Of a stretch of 55,119 bases of DNA, positions 51,417-55,119 are shown piece after piece. Under the pieces are notes generated by a model that was not told the DNA's origin, did not search any database, and was given only the letters and a program-made list of their open reading frames with translations. Source of the stretch: a virus; IMG/VR virus record IMGVR_UViG_3300045988_040260, positions 1-55,119 of that record; one strand, given 5' to 3'. A program made the position numbers and the translations under genes. Within the stretch, counting starts at the first letter, position 1. Each line of letters starts with the position of its first letter.

Positions 51417-51738
51417 AGTATCCATCACTCCTAGCTGCTCCAAGTATCATGTCAACAATATCAAATACTTCATCCCCATATGTTGCTACAAAGTCACACA
51501 ATATCTCTTCCTGTTCGATAGGCAAATACACATCATAGGACATACAGATTGCGTGACATACTTCGTGTATCAGCACTTTGCGTTGCATAAATCCACGCAA
51601 GGCATTTGACAGATAAATTGTGTGTGTATTTCTATCTGTTACACCTAGCACAGAAACATTGTCTGACCGCTTTAATTCGCCCGAATTTGAATTTTTATAT
51701 TGTACCTGCCACATTGTACCATTAATGCTAAAAATCAT
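51409..51738 (-). CDS. HExxH zinc-metallopeptidase-like protein (ImmA/IrrE-like size)
   Basis: 109 aa from the ATG at 51738, with AAGGAG upstream. Motif VLIHEVCHAICMSY. Confidence 0.55.
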   Translation of the reverse strand: MIFSINGTMWQVQYKNSNSGELKRSDNVSVLGVTDRNTHTIYLSNALRGFMQRKVLIHEVCHAICMSYDVYLPIEQEEILCDFVATYGDEVFDIVDMILGAARSDGYYG

Positions 51739-51797
51739 CTGTATGCTCCTTTCCGAATGAAATAGGCTATGAATATTGCTATCCATAGCCTTTAAAT

Positions 51798-52472
51798 TTA
51801 CAGCTTAGAAACAAGTGTACTAAGTTTGGTACGCATAAGATTACGTTCTTCTGCTGTCATATCGCCAATAAGCTGTGTAATATCGCCACCAAGCTCTTTG
51901 ATGTAGCCGTCAAGGGCTTTCATCTTATGTTCCTTATCCTCTGGCGTGTTGTTTTTATGCATTTCCTTAGTCTCTGTATAGTTTCTCTTTGCCCTGTCAT
52001 AGCCGCTTTCAATCGTATGTGATGAGTTATTGTCTGATACAACAGGCTCGGTATAATACATTCGCCCCATGCCTTTGTCCATGTCGCGCATATACTCCAT
52101 GTCGTTGTAATTTACCGGCATGTGATAGTATGGTGGTTCAGTATATCCTCTGCGGATTCCCCTGCCTTTTGGCGCAAATCTGCCGTTTGCATAACGGTAT
52201 TCGTCATAGTATCTTCTGCCGCCCTCTTCGCCATATTCTGCCTTAAGACTTCTTAAGAGTTCTTTGTCGTACTCTTCTTCCTCTTCATCAGCCTTTTTCA
52301 TAGCCTTGGAAATTATTGAGCGGTACTCGGCTTCTGCAAGGTCTTTAATCATATCCACGACCTTACCCATTTCGGAAGTCTCAACATTCTCAATGCCCTT
52401 TTCAAACTCATTTACAGCTTTCTCTGTAAGGCACTCCTGCATTTTGTGCATTCTTTCAATGTGCATACTCAC
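51798..52472 (-). CDS. Hypothetical Tyr/Glu/Arg/Met-rich protein
   Basis: 224-aa ORF with EEGGRRYYDEYRYANGRFAPKGRGIRRGYTEPPYYHMP. Confidence 0.6.
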   Translation of the reverse strand: MSMHIERMHKMQECLTEKAVNEFEKGIENVETSEMGKVVDMIKDLAEAEYRSIISKAMKKADEEEEEYDKELLRSLKAEYGEEGGRRYYDEYRYANGRFAPKGRGIRRGYTEPPYYHMPVNYNDMEYMRDMDKGMGRMYYTEPVVSDNNSSHTIESGYDRAKRNYTETKEMHKNNTPEDKEHKMKALDGYIKELGGDITQLIGDMTAEERNLMRTKLSTLVSKL

Positions 52473-52478
52473 ACCTCC

Positions 52479-52898
52479 TTACGCTTCACGGACAGCAATT
52501 AAGTTGCTATTCTGCACCTGTATAGCCTGTGTAGATGTATTCTGCACCGCTACTGTACTGCAACAGCCACAAGGTACATCAACGTAGGCTTGCGCCGAAA
52601 CGTTAAATAAATTTTCGACTGCTGCCGGAGTAACTATCATCTTTGTAGACTGTAAAGGCTCTCCGTCTACTGCAATGGCAAGTGAAATAGCCTCTACTGT
52701 GCCACCTGTAGGTATCTGAATGTTGCCGGAATACGATACTAAAAATCTAGCCTTGCACTGATTTGTGATACCTCTTAGCTTGATAATTCCACTTCCAGTC
52801 CTGTGAACGATACATTTTGTTCCGTTTACGGCTGTCTCTGTAAATGCCACATCTTCTCCGGCTGAAACAGTCTGTAATGCGATTCCTGTTATTTCCAT
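52479..52898 (-). CDS. Beta-rich protein resembling a BclA-C/C1q-TNF-like knob
   Basis: 139 aa. The alternating beta pattern ..ISLAIAVDGEPL..VAVQNTSTQAIQVQNSNLIAV resembles the BclA C-terminal domain. Weak, by eye. Confidence 0.45.
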   Translation of the reverse strand: MEITGIALQTVSAGEDVAFTETAVNGTKCIVHRTGSGIIKLRGITNQCKARFLVSYSGNIQIPTGGTVEAISLAIAVDGEPLQSTKMIVTPAAVENLFNVSAQAYVDVPCGCCSTVAVQNTSTQAIQVQNSNLIAVREA

Positions 52899-52916
52899 TA
52901 TTTTTACCTCTCTTTC

Positions 52917-52950
52917 ATAAAAATAAGGGCAAACATTATAGCCTGCCCTT
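52917..52950 (-). terminator. Rho-independent terminator
   Basis: Minus strand reads AAGGGCA-N12-TGCCCTT-ATTTTTAT, downstream of the gene 53112..53885. Confidence 0.6.
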
Positions 52951-53007
52951 TATCTTCCCAACATTTGTGTCGGTAACATCAAGTAATACTGTTTAGCAGA
53001 CATAATC

Positions 53008-53048
53008 TCGACTAACTCTCGACTAAACTTGGACTAATCCTCGACTAA
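53008..53048. repeat. Four (T/G)CGACTAA-type octamers at exact 11-bp phasing
   Basis: tcgactaa at 53008, 53019 and 53041, and tggactaa at 53030. Confidence 0.8.
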
Positions 53049-53111
53049 AAATGGTTTTTAATCGGTTTAGATTGAGTTAAACTCAATTAAGATACTCAAT
53101 TATTTAGTTGC

Positions 53112-53885
53112 TTAGCATCCGCAACCTGTATTGCATCCGCATCCGTAAGCATATCCGTAAAGGTTGCTTGCCGGGAACGATGGTACTGGTGTAGGTCTTA
53201 CTGCGTCAATTATCTGATTTGTCTGCGCTGCCATTGTGGTAGTCAAAAGTGCATTCTGTCTATCCTGCGAAGCAGCTCTGCGTAAATCATTGTTCTCTGC
53301 CTGTAATGTAGCTATCTTGTCATTAGTCAGGAAATCAAGGATAGCTCTCGTTCCTGCCTGCTGGCTGTCAATAATATCTCTTGTATTATTGTTCATTGTG
53401 TTCTGCAAAGCGCAGGTGTTGGTTGCCATATTGTAGTTTACGCCCTGAATGGCTTCTCTTGTCTCACAGCAACAGTTAGCAAGCTGTGACTGTAAAGCGT
53501 TTGTATTCTGCATATTAGCGACTGTATCAGCGTTGATAGCCTGTTGGATGCCAAAGCCTGTCTGCATGATATTTGTGTTAATACCGTTAAAGCCTGTGAG
53601 CATACTGTTGTTCATGGCATAAAAGCCATCGCATAAGCCATTTGAGATACCATCAAGTTTTGAGATAACCGCCTGGTTGTCAAACCCTCTCTGAATTTCA
53701 CTGCCGACACCGCCATTCATTCCGTTTCCTCCGAATCCGTTACCGAATCCACCCCATCCGAAGATAGCAAAGATAACGATAATAAACCATAACCATGAGC
53801 CTTCTGCGCCCCATCCGTTGTTATTTCCATTTCCGTCAATGTTCGCAACGAGTGGAACGGATGCACAATTACCTGTGTTAAACAT
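53112..53885 (-). CDS. Gly/Asn-rich membrane protein with Cys-rich C-terminal tail
   Basis: 257 aa from the ATG at 53885, with GGAGGT 8 nt upstream. TM segment WLWFIIVIFAIFGWGGFG, an N/Q/T-rich helical body with CCC, and the ending YGYAYGCGCNTGCGC. Confidence 0.65.
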   Translation of the reverse strand: MFNTGNCASVPLVANIDGNGNNNGWGAEGSWLWFIIVIFAIFGWGGFGNGFGGNGMNGGVGSEIQRGFDNQAVISKLDGISNGLCDGFYAMNNSMLTGFNGINTNIMQTGFGIQQAINADTVANMQNTNALQSQLANCCCETREAIQGVNYNMATNTCALQNTMNNNTRDIIDSQQAGTRAILDFLTNDKIATLQAENNDLRRAASQDRQNALLTTTMAAQTNQIIDAVRPTPVPSFPASNLYGYAYGCGCNTGCGC

Positions 53886-53938
53886 AGAATTTACCTCCAT
53901 AATTCATTTTTATATACATAATCTTGCAAGAATTAGTA

Positions 53939-54166
53939 TCACATTCCTAATTGGCTTTTAAACGACTCAAAAGCCTTATCTGCGTCAATCCCCTTTTCTT
54001 TGCACAAATTCCTAGCCATCTGTTCGATGCCCTTGGAATCTCCCTTTTGAGCCATCTGCATAGCATTTCTAGCCATTGGATTGCTCATTACACTGTTATT
54101 CCCCACTATTTGTTGTAAAAACTGCTGTGGGTTTCTCATGCCTTGTAACATCTGCATAGGATTCAT
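53939..54166 (-). CDS. Small Met/Gln/Asn-rich protein
   Basis: 75-aa ORF, MNPMQMLQGMRNPQQFLQQ.. Confidence 0.55.
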   Translation of the reverse strand: MNPMQMLQGMRNPQQFLQQIVGNNSVMSNPMARNAMQMAQKGDSKGIEQMARNLCKEKGIDADKAFESFKSQLGM

Positions 54167-54687
54167 TAAGACTCACTCTCCTTTTGCGTTCTTGAAGCTC
54201 TTCTCTGTGTTCCTAAAGATTTATCAAATCTATCTTCTAACTGCCCTATCTTCTCTGATAACTCTTCAAACTTATTCAGAAATAGCTGTGTACTTTCGTC
54301 TGATAGGGTAAATTTGGTATTTTCTGTATTAACCATAGAATTTACTGTCTGATTATCTTTAGGGGCTGTATAAGGCTTATACACAATCGTGTTGATAGTT
54401 CCGTCAGCATTCCAACCCTTAACATATATCTCCGACATATCCTGCTTCGGGAAAAATGCCATTGAGCCATCCATAGGAACCTCGTTAGCGTTGATATTTT
54501 CAACTGCCTGTACCACCCTACCATTAATGCCTGCTATCTGCTGTGGCATAGGCTGCTGATTCATCTGCATAGGCTGCTGTTGTAAGCTCTGCTGATAATT
54601 TTGTAAGAAGTTCATTCTATCCATATATGGATTTTGAGATTGTATATAAGGATTATTCATCATAGGTGCCTGATAAGGATTGTTCAT
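54166..54687 (-). CDS. Protein with Q/N/P/M-rich N-terminal low-complexity region
   Basis: 173 aa. The first ~50 residues are MNNPYQAPMMNNPYIQSQNPYMDRMNFLQNYQQSLQQQPMQMNQQPMPQQ. Confidence 0.6.
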   Translation of the reverse strand: MNNPYQAPMMNNPYIQSQNPYMDRMNFLQNYQQSLQQQPMQMNQQPMPQQIAGINGRVVQAVENINANEVPMDGSMAFFPKQDMSEIYVKGWNADGTINTIVYKPYTAPKDNQTVNSMVNTENTKFTLSDESTQLFLNKFEELSEKIGQLEDRFDKSLGTQRRASRTQKESES

Positions 54688-54805
54688 TGTCTGCCTCCTC
54701 TAAAACTTCCTCTATTGCTTTAATGACAAGAGATAATGTCATTAGGTCGATTTTTTGTAACTCACTTTTAGCAAATATTTGTTCTCTCACTTCATCGTCA
54801 AACAT
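54653..54805 (-). CDS. Small acidic protein (50 aa)
   Basis: AAGGAG 8 nt upstream of the ATG at 54805. Overlaps the next gene by 35 nt. Confidence 0.4.
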   Translation of the reverse strand: MFDDEVREQIFAKSELQKIDLMTLSLVIKAIEEVLEEADNEQSLSGTYDE

Positions 54806-54837
54806 AACATCATCTCCTTATGCCTAAATTGTGGCAT

Positions 54838-54870
54838 AAAAAAAGAGAAGAGCATTTCCATGTTCTTCTC
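54838..54870 (-). terminator. Strong rho-independent terminator facing the att-proximal end
   Basis: Minus strand reads GAGAAGA-N12-TCTTCTC-TTTTTTT, followed by a second hairpin TTATGCC-N8-GGCATAA. Confidence 0.65.
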
Positions 54871-54900
54871 TAATTATTGTCATGCATAAGGTTTTTTCCA

Positions 54901-54932
54901 TGTACCATTCATGTACCAATAGTGTACCATTT
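54901..54932 (+). promoter_or_regulatory. Three direct TGTACCA(A/T)T repeats, candidate integrase arm-type sites
   Basis: tgtaccatt at 54901, tgtaccaat at 54912 and tgtaccatt at 54924. Same orientation and core as 76-96. Confidence 0.45.
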
Positions 54933-55064
54933 TTTGTTTATTTATGTGAATATATAACGAATTATATAAAATTAAGATTTCATGTGAAACATCGTAAAAT
55001 TGAGGTATGTTGCGGTTTATGAGGATATAATGAACTATGTTAAATACCCCTCGTAGCAACGATT

Positions 55065-55119
55065 CCTAATTTCATTTTTGATTTTACCTATTCAAAAACC
55101 CATTGTTTTTGGGATTTTT
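55065..55119. repeat. Terminal direct repeat, right copy (identical to 1..55)
   Basis: Exact 55-nt match to positions 1-55. Confidence 0.95.

Larger units (their letters stand above)
1..55119. mobile_element. Complete temperate phage genome (circular contig or att-bounded prophage), siphovirus-like, Gram-positive host type
   Basis: Carries integrase, cI/cro switch, replication, packaging, head, tail and lysis modules. The window ends are identical over 55 nt. AGGAGG-type RBSs precede most genes. Confidence 0.85.

Overview
The window is one temperate siphovirus-type phage genome of about 55,064 bp. Its first 55 nt are identical to its last 55 nt, so it is either a circular-contig overlap or an att-bounded prophage. 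RBS usage (AGGAGG-type) and the gene families point to a Gram-positive (Bacillota/Clostridia-like) host. Almost all genes are on the minus strand. Read along the minus strand (high to low coordinates), the modules are as follows.
- 54805-51273: an att-proximal operon of compositionally odd proteins.
- 48911-50804: a small plus-strand island.
- About 47600-47860: an AT-rich, iteron-bearing region.
- 44342-45902: a tRNA island.
- 44341-40906: small zinc-ribbon and HTH genes.
- 40800-31268: terminase large subunit, portal, MuF-like protein, scaffold, capsid and connectors, with a holin embedded among them.
- 31219-21563: major tail protein, a G/GT chaperone pair with a -1 frameshift, a GH25 lysin, the tape measure protein and distal tail proteins.
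- 21560-18787: a diversity-generating retroelement (target gene with VR, then TR, then RT).
- 18842-18397: XkdW/XkdX-like genes.
- 16746-18113: the cI/cro-type switch.
- 16520-5176: antirepressor, then recombination and replication genes (SMC-like ATPase, RecT, HNH, a frameshifted MBL-fold gene, SSB, DNA methyltransferase, GIY-YIG, replisome organizer, G39P-like loader).
- 1741-126: excisionase-like protein and tyrosine integrase.
The strongest finding is the DGR, with an adenine-specific TR/VR mismatch pattern read directly from the sequence. Secondary findings are degenerate tRNA-like elements with long structured spacers, two origin-like iteron clusters, a duplicated palindromic leader element, displaced lysis genes, face-to-face switch promoters and several phased repeat arrays. 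All family assignments rest on motif recognition by eye. No searches were run.
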